NCBI GenBank assembly: GCA_045627045.1
Contig: JAZQMY010000054.1
Location: forward strand, 19,629 to 83,628
DNA length: 64,000 nucleotides
Direction of reading: 5' to 3'
Origin: Clostridia bacterium
GTDB lineage: Bacteria; Bacillota; Clostridia; HGM11327
In this document: positions 46,863 through 54,964 of the stretch, piece by piece
How the letters are laid out: every line of letters begins with the position of its first letter
How positions within the stretch are numbered: the stretch's first letter is position 1
The notes under the pieces: model-generated
Told to the model about the DNA's origin: nothing
The model's input: only the letters and a program-made list of their open reading frames with translations
The model's database searches: none
Translations under genes and position numbers: made by a program

Positions 46863-47942
46863 ATGAAGAAAGTAATTGCAATAGTGCTTGCAATAGCGGC
46901 ACTTCTGACGCTCGGCGGCTGCGCCGTAAAATCAGATAACCTTATTGACGGCTGCTATGATTATGACCTTGATGCATTGTTCACGCTCGGTCAGTACAAA
47001 GGCATTGTTATTGAGGTTGAAGATCCCGCTGCAACTGATGCGGAAATCGAATCGGGCTTTATGGCTCTTCTCTATAAGAACGTTACTTACGCTGAATCAG
47101 ATACGGAAACTCTTGTGCTCGGCGACAAGGCCGACATCACATTTGAGGGTTTTCTTGACGGCGAAAAGCAGGACAATATGAGCGGTTCATCTGCGGACAT
47201 TCAGCTTGGTTCAGGCGCACTCATCCCCGGCTTTGAGGAAGGACTTGTAGGTCTGAAGAAGGGCGACAAGGTGACACTCAATCTTGTTTTCCCTGACAAT
47301 TACAGAGCAACAGAGCTTCGGGGCAGACCTGCAGTATTTGAAGTAGTGATCGACAAGGTCAATAAGCAGATCGCTCCCGAGCTTACAGATGAGTATGTAA
47401 AGGAAAACTCTGATTACGAGACAATTGAGGAATACAGAGAGTACCTCAGACAGAAGATAAAGAGCGATAAGGAAAAAAGCAATCAGGAAGAGTATGAGGA
47501 TGCAGTGTGGAGCGCAGTTGTAAACAATTCAACTGTTGATGAAGCAAGCCGGAAGTATCCAAACGCTCTCGCACAGGAGATGGCAAACGAGTCAATAGAT
47601 TACATGACACAGGTAATCTATCTCTATTACCAGATGACATTCGAAGATTACTGTGAGTATATCGGCTTTACGGTGGATGAGTTCAAAGCCGGTGCTCTTG
47701 ATGAGGCTAAGGAGACATTGAAGGCACAGATGGCAATTTTTGCATTATGTAATGCCGAGGGCATCAAGATCACAAAGGAAGACTACGATGAAATGGTTCT
47801 TGAATATGTTGAAGAGTACAGCATGGAAAGTGTGGAAGCACTCGAAGAAACATTCGGAAAGAAAGACATCATCATTGATATGGCATTCCAGAAGGTATTG
47901 GATCTTGTGCTTGATTCCGCAACAATGAAAATCAAAGACTGA
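46863..47942 (+). CDS. Trigger-factor-like lipoprotein (FKBP PPIase plus C-terminal domain, no ribosome-binding domain)
   Basis: Lipobox LGGC, LGQYKGI, GSGALIPGFEEGL, FPDNY; GFRxG ribosome-binding signature absent. Confidence 0.85.
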   Translation: MKKVIAIVLAIAALLTLGGCAVKSDNLIDGCYDYDLDALFTLGQYKGIVIEVEDPAATDAEIESGFMALLYKNVTYAESDTETLVLGDKADITFEGFLDGEKQDNMSGSSADIQLGSGALIPGFEEGLVGLKKGDKVTLNLVFPDNYRATELRGRPAVFEVVIDKVNKQIAPELTDEYVKENSDYETIEEYREYLRQKIKSDKEKSNQEEYEDAVWSAVVNNSTVDEASRKYPNALAQEMANESIDYMTQVIYLYYQMTFEDYCEYIGFTVDEFKAGALDEAKETLKAQMAIFALCNAEGIKITKEDYDEMVLEYVEEYSMESVEALEETFGKKDIIIDMAFQKVLDLVLDSATMKIKD

Positions 47943-47957
47943 TAAAAAGGCAAACGG

Positions 47958-47993
47958 AAAACGGTGCGGTACTTTCAGACTGCACCGTTTTTT
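47958..47993 (+). terminator. Intrinsic terminator
   Basis: AAAACGGTGCGGT...ACTGCACCGTTTTTT. Confidence 0.75.
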
Positions 47994-48191
47994 GAAGAAA
48001 AACGGCAATCGCATTTTGCGGTGCGAAAAAAGCATTCCGGCGGTTTCTTATGAAAATACGGACAGAATGCCTTTTTGACAGTGCAAAATGAATATATTAT
48101 GAAATTATCTGTTTTTTAATAATTATGATTGATTTTTTTAGCCTTATGTGTTAAAATAAATAAAATCATATGTATGAAAGGAATTATAAAT

Positions 48192-49043
48192 ATGTATCAG
48201 TTTCCAATAGGCGTAATAGTGGATTCATTCCGTGAAGAAACAGAAGTTGCAGTAAAAAAGGCTGCCGCAATGGGTGCAAAGGGCATTCAGATGTATGCGA
48301 CAAGCGGAATTCATGCTCCTGAAAACCTCGATAAAAAGGCAAGACAGGAGCTTCTCGATCTTGTAAAGTCAAACGGTCTTTGCTTCTCAGCTATATGCGG
48401 TGACCTCGGACAGGGCTTCTCCCATGCTGAAAAGAACCCTGAGCTGATTGAAAAATCAAAGAGAATAATCGACCTTGCAAAGGAGCTTGAAACAGATATT
48501 GTTACAACTCATATAGGCGTTGTTCCTGCCGATCCCAAGAATGACAGATTCAAGGTAATGCAGGATGCCTGCCACGAGCTTGCTGAATATGCAGACAGCA
48601 TCGGCTCACACTTTGCTGTTGAGACAGGCCCTGAAAAGTCAATCGTACTCAAGAACTTCCTTGATTCACTCGGCTCAAGAGGCGTTGCAGTAAACCTTGA
48701 CCCTGCAAACCTCGTTATGGTAACGGGTGATGATCCGGTAGAAGCTGTATATAACCTCCGTGATTACATCGTTCACACACACGCAAAGGACGGCATCAAC
48801 CTTTCAAGAGGCGATTCAGAGCTCGTATACGGTGCAAGAACTCCTTTGCCCGGAGAAATCAATACCTGCCACTTCAAAGAGGTTCCGCTCGGACAGGGTC
48901 AGGTTCCGTTCGAGAAGTATCTTGCGGCACTTGATGACATAGGATATAAGGGCTTCCTCACGATCGAAAGAGAAGCAGGAGACTGCCCCGAAAAGGATAT
49001 CAGGATCGCTTATGACTTCCTCACGGGAATCATAACAAAATAA
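48192..49043 (+). CDS. Sugar phosphate isomerase/epimerase (TIM barrel)
   Basis: AVETGPE, NLDPAN, HTHAKD, PLGQGQV, TIERE; start at ATG 48192. Confidence 0.88.
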   Translation: MYQFPIGVIVDSFREETEVAVKKAAAMGAKGIQMYATSGIHAPENLDKKARQELLDLVKSNGLCFSAICGDLGQGFSHAEKNPELIEKSKRIIDLAKELETDIVTTHIGVVPADPKNDRFKVMQDACHELAEYADSIGSHFAVETGPEKSIVLKNFLDSLGSRGVAVNLDPANLVMVTGDDPVEAVYNLRDYIVHTHAKDGINLSRGDSELVYGARTPLPGEINTCHFKEVPLGQGQVPFEKYLAALDDIGYKGFLTIEREAGDCPEKDIRIAYDFLTGIITK

Positions 49044-49064
49044 AACCGACAGGAGATAAATACA

Positions 49065-50135
49065 ATGGATGGCAAAGTAAAAATTGCGGTAGTCGGCGTT
49101 GGCGGAATTTCTGCCTGCCATATTGAGAACTATCTTAAGAACCCTGATGCAGAGCTCTATGCTTTCTGCGATATTAATCCTGAAAGACTTGCATACATGG
49201 GCAAGAAATACGGCATCACACGTCTTTATGAGGACGAGGAGACAATGCTCAGAGAGCTTCCCGAAGTTGATGCGGTAAGCGTATGCGTATGGAACTGCAA
49301 TCACGAAAAGTGCACTATCGCCGCTCTCAATGCAGGCAAGAACGTTCTTTGCGAGAAGCCTATGTCAGTATCTGTTGAAGCCGCAAAGAGAATGAAGGAA
49401 GCAGCAGAAAAGAACGGAAAGCTCCTTATGCTCGGCTTCGTTCGCCGTTACGGAAACGATTGCATTACTATGAAGAAATTTGCCGATGCAGATACATTCG
49501 GTGAAATCTACTATACAAAGGCACAGTACCTCAGAAGAAACGGTAATCCGGGCGGCTGGTTTGCAGATATCAGCAGATCAGGCGGCGGATGCCTTATCGA
49601 CCTCGGCGTTCACGTGATCGACTATGTACGTTACGTTATGGGTTGCCCGAAGCCTGTATCCGTTTACGGCGCTACATACAAGAAGCTCTTTGACAGACCT
49701 TCAATAAATCAGAGAGGCTCATATCAGGCTACTTCAGGCGGCGACAAGCACGTTTGCGACGTAGAAGATCTTGCAGTTGCACTTGTTCGCTTTGACAACG
49801 GCGCAACACTCAATATCGAAACAAGCTTCTGCCTCAACCTCGGTCAGGAGTCAAACTGCATCGAAGTATTCGGCACAAAGGGCGGTGCAAAGCTTACAGG
49901 AAGCCTCGAAGTCTTCTCTGAAATGAACGGCTTCCTTACAAACGTAAATCTTGTAGGTGATACTTCACCGGATTTCGGCAGAATGTTCCAGAATGAAATC
50001 AATCACTTCGTTGATTGCGTAAAGAACAACAAGCCCTGCATTTCAACGGCAGAAGATGGCGTTGTTCTTATGCAGATCCTCATGGGCATCTATGAGTCAG
50101 CAAGAACAGGTCACGAAGTAATTATCGGCGACTGA
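49065..50135 (+). CDS. Gfo/Idh/MocA NAD(P)-dependent oxidoreductase
   Basis: VVGVGGI, CEKPM, GGGCLIDLGVH. Confidence 0.93.
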   Translation: MDGKVKIAVVGVGGISACHIENYLKNPDAELYAFCDINPERLAYMGKKYGITRLYEDEETMLRELPEVDAVSVCVWNCNHEKCTIAALNAGKNVLCEKPMSVSVEAAKRMKEAAEKNGKLLMLGFVRRYGNDCITMKKFADADTFGEIYYTKAQYLRRNGNPGGWFADISRSGGGCLIDLGVHVIDYVRYVMGCPKPVSVYGATYKKLFDRPSINQRGSYQATSGGDKHVCDVEDLAVALVRFDNGATLNIETSFCLNLGQESNCIEVFGTKGGAKLTGSLEVFSEMNGFLTNVNLVGDTSPDFGRMFQNEINHFVDCVKNNKPCISTAEDGVVLMQILMGIYESARTGHEVIIGD

Positions 50136-50212
50136 TAAAAATAAGGTTATAACGGGCTTTCCGGGAAACTTATTTTTCCGGAAAGCCCTGCTTTTCGAAA
50201 AGCAGGTATCAG

Positions 50213-51415
50213 ATGGTAAAAAAACAAGAAAAATGGACAAAGAAAAGACACGTTGTGATGAGAAATCTGGCGTATGTGGTACTTGCTCCGTTCGCAAAAT
50301 ACAAATTTCACTGCAAGGTGGAAAAATTCAGAGAACAGGGCGACAGACAGTATCTGATACTCATGAATCATGAAACGACGTTCGACCAGTTCTTTGTGGG
50401 AATGGCGTTCAAGGGTGCTACATATTATATTGCTTCCGAGGACATCTTTTCAAACGGAATAGGCTCAAAGCTCATGAAGTGGGCGGCTGCTCCTATACCG
50501 ATAAATAAGACAGAAAAAGATCTGCGCTCAGTGATGACGTGCATAAAAGTTGCAAGGGAGGGCGGCACTATAGCGCTTGCTCCCGAAGGTAACAGAACGT
50601 ACAGCGGAAGGCAGTGCTATATCAAGCCGTCGGTCGTGTCACTCATCAAGGCACTCAAGCTCCCTGTGGCGATATTCAGGATCGAGGGCGGCTACGGCAT
50701 AGAGCCGAGATGGTGCGAGCTCAACAGAAAAGGAAAAATGCGCGCTTACGTAAGCAGGGTCATCGAGTTGGAAGAATATGCTTCCATGAAGGATGATGAG
50801 CTTTACGGAATGCTGAAAAATGAGCTTTCTGTTGATGAAACAAAGCTTCCCGGTATATTTGAAGGGAACAAAAGAGCTGAATATATCGAGAGACTTATTT
50901 ATGTCTGCCCGCATTGCGGCATAAGCGAATTTGAAAGCGACAAAAATACGTTCAGATGCAAAAAATGCGGAAGAACGGCAGAATATACAGTAGAAAAGAA
51001 AATCAGGGGCGACTTTGACTTTGAATATGCTGCTGATTGGTATGAATATCAGCAGGATTACATAAGAAAACTCGATCTTGCGGCATTCGGGGACAAGGAG
51101 ATTTGTTCTGACGGCGCAAATCTGTATGATATAATACCTTATGTGAAGAAGAAATGCGCTGAAAAGAATGTAACGATAAGACTTTTCAGCGACAGAATAA
51201 TAATTGACAGAAAAAACGGTCAGTTTGCAATGCCGTTTGAAAATATCAGATCAATGGCTGTCCTGGGAAGAAACAAGCTCAATATCTGCACTACAGAAGG
51301 TACTTACCAGATCCAGGGATCCAAGCGATTTAATGCACTGAAGTATATGAATATCTATTATCATACAAAGGGTATTAAGGAAGGAGAAAATGATGCAGAA
51401 TTTTTGGGATTATAG
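50213..51415 (+). CDS. PlsC-type lysophospholipid acyltransferase with a C-terminal Zn-ribbon extension
   Basis: NHETTFD (HX4D), PEGNR, CPHC...CKKC. Confidence 0.82.
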   Translation: MVKKQEKWTKKRHVVMRNLAYVVLAPFAKYKFHCKVEKFREQGDRQYLILMNHETTFDQFFVGMAFKGATYYIASEDIFSNGIGSKLMKWAAAPIPINKTEKDLRSVMTCIKVAREGGTIALAPEGNRTYSGRQCYIKPSVVSLIKALKLPVAIFRIEGGYGIEPRWCELNRKGKMRAYVSRVIELEEYASMKDDELYGMLKNELSVDETKLPGIFEGNKRAEYIERLIYVCPHCGISEFESDKNTFRCKKCGRTAEYTVEKKIRGDFDFEYAADWYEYQQDYIRKLDLAAFGDKEICSDGANLYDIIPYVKKKCAEKNVTIRLFSDRIIIDRKNGQFAMPFENIRSMAVLGRNKLNICTTEGTYQIQGSKRFNALKYMNIYYHTKGIKEGENDAEFLGL

Positions 51416-52802
51416 TGTGTGGGGCACATTCAATGTGGTTGCAGTGCTCCTGATAAGCCTCCTTGCGGCAAATCTGCTCAAGAAGACGATCAGACCTCTG
51501 CACAATTCATTGATACCGACATCGGTGCTCGGCGGAATAATGCTGCTGATATTGGCGGTAATATATGAAAAAGTATCGGGGAAGGCTTTCTTTGATACTG
51601 AGTTCTTTGGGGGCAACGGCTCGGAAACGCTTGAAACGCTTACTTACCACGCGCTTGCGCTCGGATTCATCGCAATGACATTCAAGCCGTCGGAGGGAAA
51701 GTTCTCCCGCAAAAGAAGTGCGGAGATATTCAATACAGGCGTGACAACGGTTTCGTCCTACCTGCTTCAGGCTGTATTCGGCCTTGCGGTTACGATAATT
51801 GCGGCGCTGATCGTGAAGGACTTCTTTGCGGCATCGGGTGTCCTGCTTCCCTTTGGATACGGACAGGGTACAGGTCAGGCACTCAACTACGGCAATATAT
51901 ATGAGACTGATTACGGCTTCGTCGGCGGCAAGAGCTTCGGACTCACCATTGCGGCAATGGGCTTTCTCAGTGCCAGCATAGGCGGTGTTATTCATCTGAA
52001 TATATTGCGCTTCCGCAAGCACAGACAGCTTCCCGACAGAGATAACGAAGAGACAAAGGCTCTCCTTTCGGAAGAAATACAGAGTGCCGATGAAATACCG
52101 ATGAACGGCTCGATAGACAAGATCACGATTCAGGTAGCACTTGTCTTCTGGGCATATATTATGGCTTATCTTGTAATAAAGTTCCTTGGAAACCTGCTTC
52201 CTTCGTTCAAGTCTGTCCTCTACGGCTTCAACTTCCTCATGGGTGTTATAGTCGTAACACTCTTCAAGCTTATATATAACTTCCTCAGGAAGAAGAAGGT
52301 GATCAGGAAGCAGTACATAAGTCCGTTCCTTATGACGAGAATCAGCAGCTTCTTTTTCGATCTGATGATAGTTGCAGGCGTTGCGGCGATCAGAATGGAA
52401 GTCGTAAAGTCATACTGGTTCATAATACTTATTCTCGGCATCGGCGGTGCGGTACTGACGTATTTATACAATCACTTTGTTGCAAGAAAGCTCTTCTCGG
52501 AGTATACCGAGGAGCAATTTATGGTAATGTACGGAATGCTCACAGGCACGGCAAGCACGGGAATAATTCTCCTCAGGGAGGTAGATCCGGAGTTCAGAAC
52601 ACCTGCCTCGGATAACCTTGTTTATCAGAATTTCCCTGCAATCGTTTTCGGCTTCCCGATGATGCTTCTTGCGGTGCTTGCACCTGACAGACCTTATCTG
52701 ACGCTGATAATACTTATTCTCTTTTTTGCAGCTATGAACGGAATACTTTTCAGACGTCACCTGATTAATAAGTACAAAGAGATAAAAGGCAAAAAGAAAT
52801 AA
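51390..52802 (+). CDS. GltS-like sodium/glutamate symporter
   Basis: IPTSVLGG, PFGYGQGTG, YGMLTGTASTG, many transmembrane helices. Confidence 0.75.
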   Translation: MMQNFWDYSVWGTFNVVAVLLISLLAANLLKKTIRPLHNSLIPTSVLGGIMLLILAVIYEKVSGKAFFDTEFFGGNGSETLETLTYHALALGFIAMTFKPSEGKFSRKRSAEIFNTGVTTVSSYLLQAVFGLAVTIIAALIVKDFFAASGVLLPFGYGQGTGQALNYGNIYETDYGFVGGKSFGLTIAAMGFLSASIGGVIHLNILRFRKHRQLPDRDNEETKALLSEEIQSADEIPMNGSIDKITIQVALVFWAYIMAYLVIKFLGNLLPSFKSVLYGFNFLMGVIVVTLFKLIYNFLRKKKVIRKQYISPFLMTRISSFFFDLMIVAGVAAIRMEVVKSYWFIILILGIGGAVLTYLYNHFVARKLFSEYTEEQFMVMYGMLTGTASTGIILLREVDPEFRTPASDNLVYQNFPAIVFGFPMMLLAVLAPDRPYLTLIILILFFAAMNGILFRRHLINKYKEIKGKKK

Positions 52803-52818
52803 GAATCATTGAAATACC

Positions 52819-52844
52819 AAAGCCCATCCATCAGGATGGGCTTT
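52819..52844. terminator. Bidirectional terminator
   Basis: AAAGCCCATCC-ATCA-GGATGGGCTTT. Confidence 0.78.
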
Positions 52845-52880
52845 TGCAATATTGTCGATTATAATAACTATACGGGCTTA

Positions 52881-53180
52881 TCAGATAATAGTAAGAATAT
52901 CCACAAAGCCTGTGATATCAAAAATCTCCATAACGGATGAAGATACGTTTGAGAGAGTCATTTTTCCCTTGCTGTTGTTCATGGCCTTCTGAATTGCGAG
53001 AAGAACACGAAGACCGGCAGAAGAAATATATTCAACTCCTGCAAAATCAAGATTCAGCTCGTCCATACCTGCGGAGCCTGAATTCAGCTCGGCTTCAAGC
53101 ATGGGTGCTGTAAGTGTGTCGATTCTTCCTGTGATAGCATATGAAATGCTTGTTCCGTTTATTTCCTTTTTAATTTCCAT
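52881..53180 (-). CDS. STAS-domain anti-sigma factor antagonist (RsbV/SpoIIAA-like)
   Basis: GRIDTLTAP, VEYISSAGLRV with the phosphoacceptor Ser, IFDITG. Confidence 0.93.
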   Translation of the reverse strand: MEIKKEINGTSISYAITGRIDTLTAPMLEAELNSGSAGMDELNLDFAGVEYISSAGLRVLLAIQKAMNNSKGKMTLSNVSSSVMEIFDITGFVDILTII

Positions 53181-53222
53181 AATTAAAACTCCTTTCTTAA
53201 TCTGAACAATTCGGTTGCTGTA

Positions 53223-54383
53223 TCAGAAGTTCAGGTCATCAACGCTGTTGATGGCTTCAATAAGGTTGCTGCGGTAATACTCTATCAGTTCAGGCTCTAA
53301 ATTGCGGCGAATGCTTCTGCGAAGCAGACGAGTATAGCCTACAACCATTGATTTGTTCTTGAGTAATTTTATTTTTTCTTCATCTCTTGTGTTGAAGAAA
53401 CGTGCAAATGTTTCATTGAGAATATATTTTGCGGCATCAAGACTTATTCCGAGGAATGTATCGGCGTTTGGTCCTTTGACGTTGCGGAAGCCCTCGTAAG
53501 CATTGAATATGGAGGCGAACTCAAATACGGGTGCACCGTAGCAGACGGTATCAAGGTCAATGAGCAGGACCTCTCCGTTCTGGATCATTACGTTCTTTAC
53601 GTGATAATCACCGTGCATCAGATGCATATCATCATTGACGGCGTTCATCATACCGACAAGCTTTGCGCCCTCCTTTTCAGGCAGACGGTTCTTTATGTCT
53701 TCAGCCCACTCGACAGCCGTGGCTTTCATGCTCGGGATGTCTTCGGTGTCGACTGTCTTGCTGTGAATGGTTTTGAGAAGCTCAACGCTGCAGTCAATGT
53801 ATTTGTCGATATTTTCAGGCTCTTCTGCTATAAGCTTTGCAAGTGTTTTTGCATTCAGAAGCTCAAATACGGATGCATATCCGCCGCCGCGAACCTTTAC
53901 AACGTCATAAGGAATGGCGGTATTGATGCCGAGAATAAACGTACGGCGTGCAAGTTCACGCTCTCTCATGATGTCGGGAAGAGAATCGGGATTGAGATAA
54001 ACCTTTGCGATCGTTTCGGGATCGATACGGTAAACCTTTCCGTTTGCACCCTGACCGATGACCTCACAGCCCTCAACGTCGATCATACGGTAAGCCTTTT
54101 CCACCGGCATCATTTCGGTGAAGCCTGTGATGTCCATTATGTCATATACCTCTGCGGAAACGTTTATGATCTTCAGTGTCGGCTCCTTTTTGCGGATATT
54201 GAGAATGACACGAAGTCCTGCGCTGGAAAGATACAGGAGATTCTCAGCATCAATGATGACATTTGCCGGCTTTTTTTCTGTAAGGATTTTTTCTGCCTCA
54301 CGGCCTATATCTGCAGAATTGGTTGAATCGATTCTTCCTTCAAAAAAGAGAGTTAAAACTCCGTTTGTTTCATTATAGTTCAT
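53223..54383 (-). CDS. STAS domain fused to an APH/choline-kinase-like phosphotransferase
   Basis: N-terminal STAS (LLYLSSAGLRV); IGQGANGKVY, HGDYHVKN, LIDLD kinase motifs; start at ATG 54383. Confidence 0.85.
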   Translation of the reverse strand: MNYNETNGVLTLFFEGRIDSTNSADIGREAEKILTEKKPANVIIDAENLLYLSSAGLRVILNIRKKEPTLKIINVSAEVYDIMDITGFTEMMPVEKAYRMIDVEGCEVIGQGANGKVYRIDPETIAKVYLNPDSLPDIMRERELARRTFILGINTAIPYDVVKVRGGGYASVFELLNAKTLAKLIAEEPENIDKYIDCSVELLKTIHSKTVDTEDIPSMKATAVEWAEDIKNRLPEKEGAKLVGMMNAVNDDMHLMHGDYHVKNVMIQNGEVLLIDLDTVCYGAPVFEFASIFNAYEGFRNVKGPNADTFLGISLDAAKYILNETFARFFNTRDEEKIKLLKNKSMVVGYTRLLRRSIRRNLEPELIEYYRSNLIEAINSVDDLNF

Positions 54384-54384
54384 A

Positions 54385-54948
54385 TTATTCCTCCCCAAAA
54401 AGATTATTGATAAGATCAACATACTCTTTGTATGCGTCCGTATGTGAAAGCTCTGAAAGATCTTCAGCTATTGTGCGATAGTACCACGCCTGAAGCTTTG
54501 TATCCTGCTGGTGAAAAACATGCCAGAAGGAATCTCCCTGCTCTCTGTAGCCGCGCCAGAAGGCACGCATATTTGAGAGCTTGTCGCCGAGCCATAATAT
54601 TTTTAAACCCGGATCATTTGATTCAACAAGAATCCTGAGCGAGTCTTCTTTTCTTTTCACCCAGCTTTCAGAGGGATCAATGCCGGGCATTTTGTCTTCT
54701 GTTTCACCCTCAACGAGCTTCCGGACACGTTCACCGAAGCGCTCACCGATTTCAGAAAGCGGAATGCCGCAATCCTCAACTGTATCGTGGAGCATTCCTG
54801 CAGCCATTATCTCGACATCGTCCGTTACGGTCGCAATGATCGATGCGACTTCCATAGGATGGAGAATGTACGGTATTCGGAATGACTTTCTTTGCTGCCC
54901 CTGATGGGCATTCGTTGCGAATAGTATTGCTTCTTCGAGTATATTCAT
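54385..54948 (-). CDS. HD-domain protein, small alarmone hydrolase (SpoT/Mesh1-like)
   Basis: AHQGQQRK, PYILHP, LHDTVED, ETEDK, DKLSNMR. Confidence 0.87.
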   Translation of the reverse strand: MNILEEAILFATNAHQGQQRKSFRIPYILHPMEVASIIATVTDDVEIMAAGMLHDTVEDCGIPLSEIGERFGERVRKLVEGETEDKMPGIDPSESWVKRKEDSLRILVESNDPGLKILWLGDKLSNMRAFWRGYREQGDSFWHVFHQQDTKLQAWYYRTIAEDLSELSHTDAYKEYVDLINNLFGEE

Positions 54949-54964
54949 TTGTCGGTTATACTCC

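Noticed and set aside
47945-47995. GGCAAAC...GAAA resembling a cyclic-di-GMP-I riboswitch
   Set aside because: No P2 stem or GACGCAAAG/CTAA motifs; the hairpin is explained by the terminator
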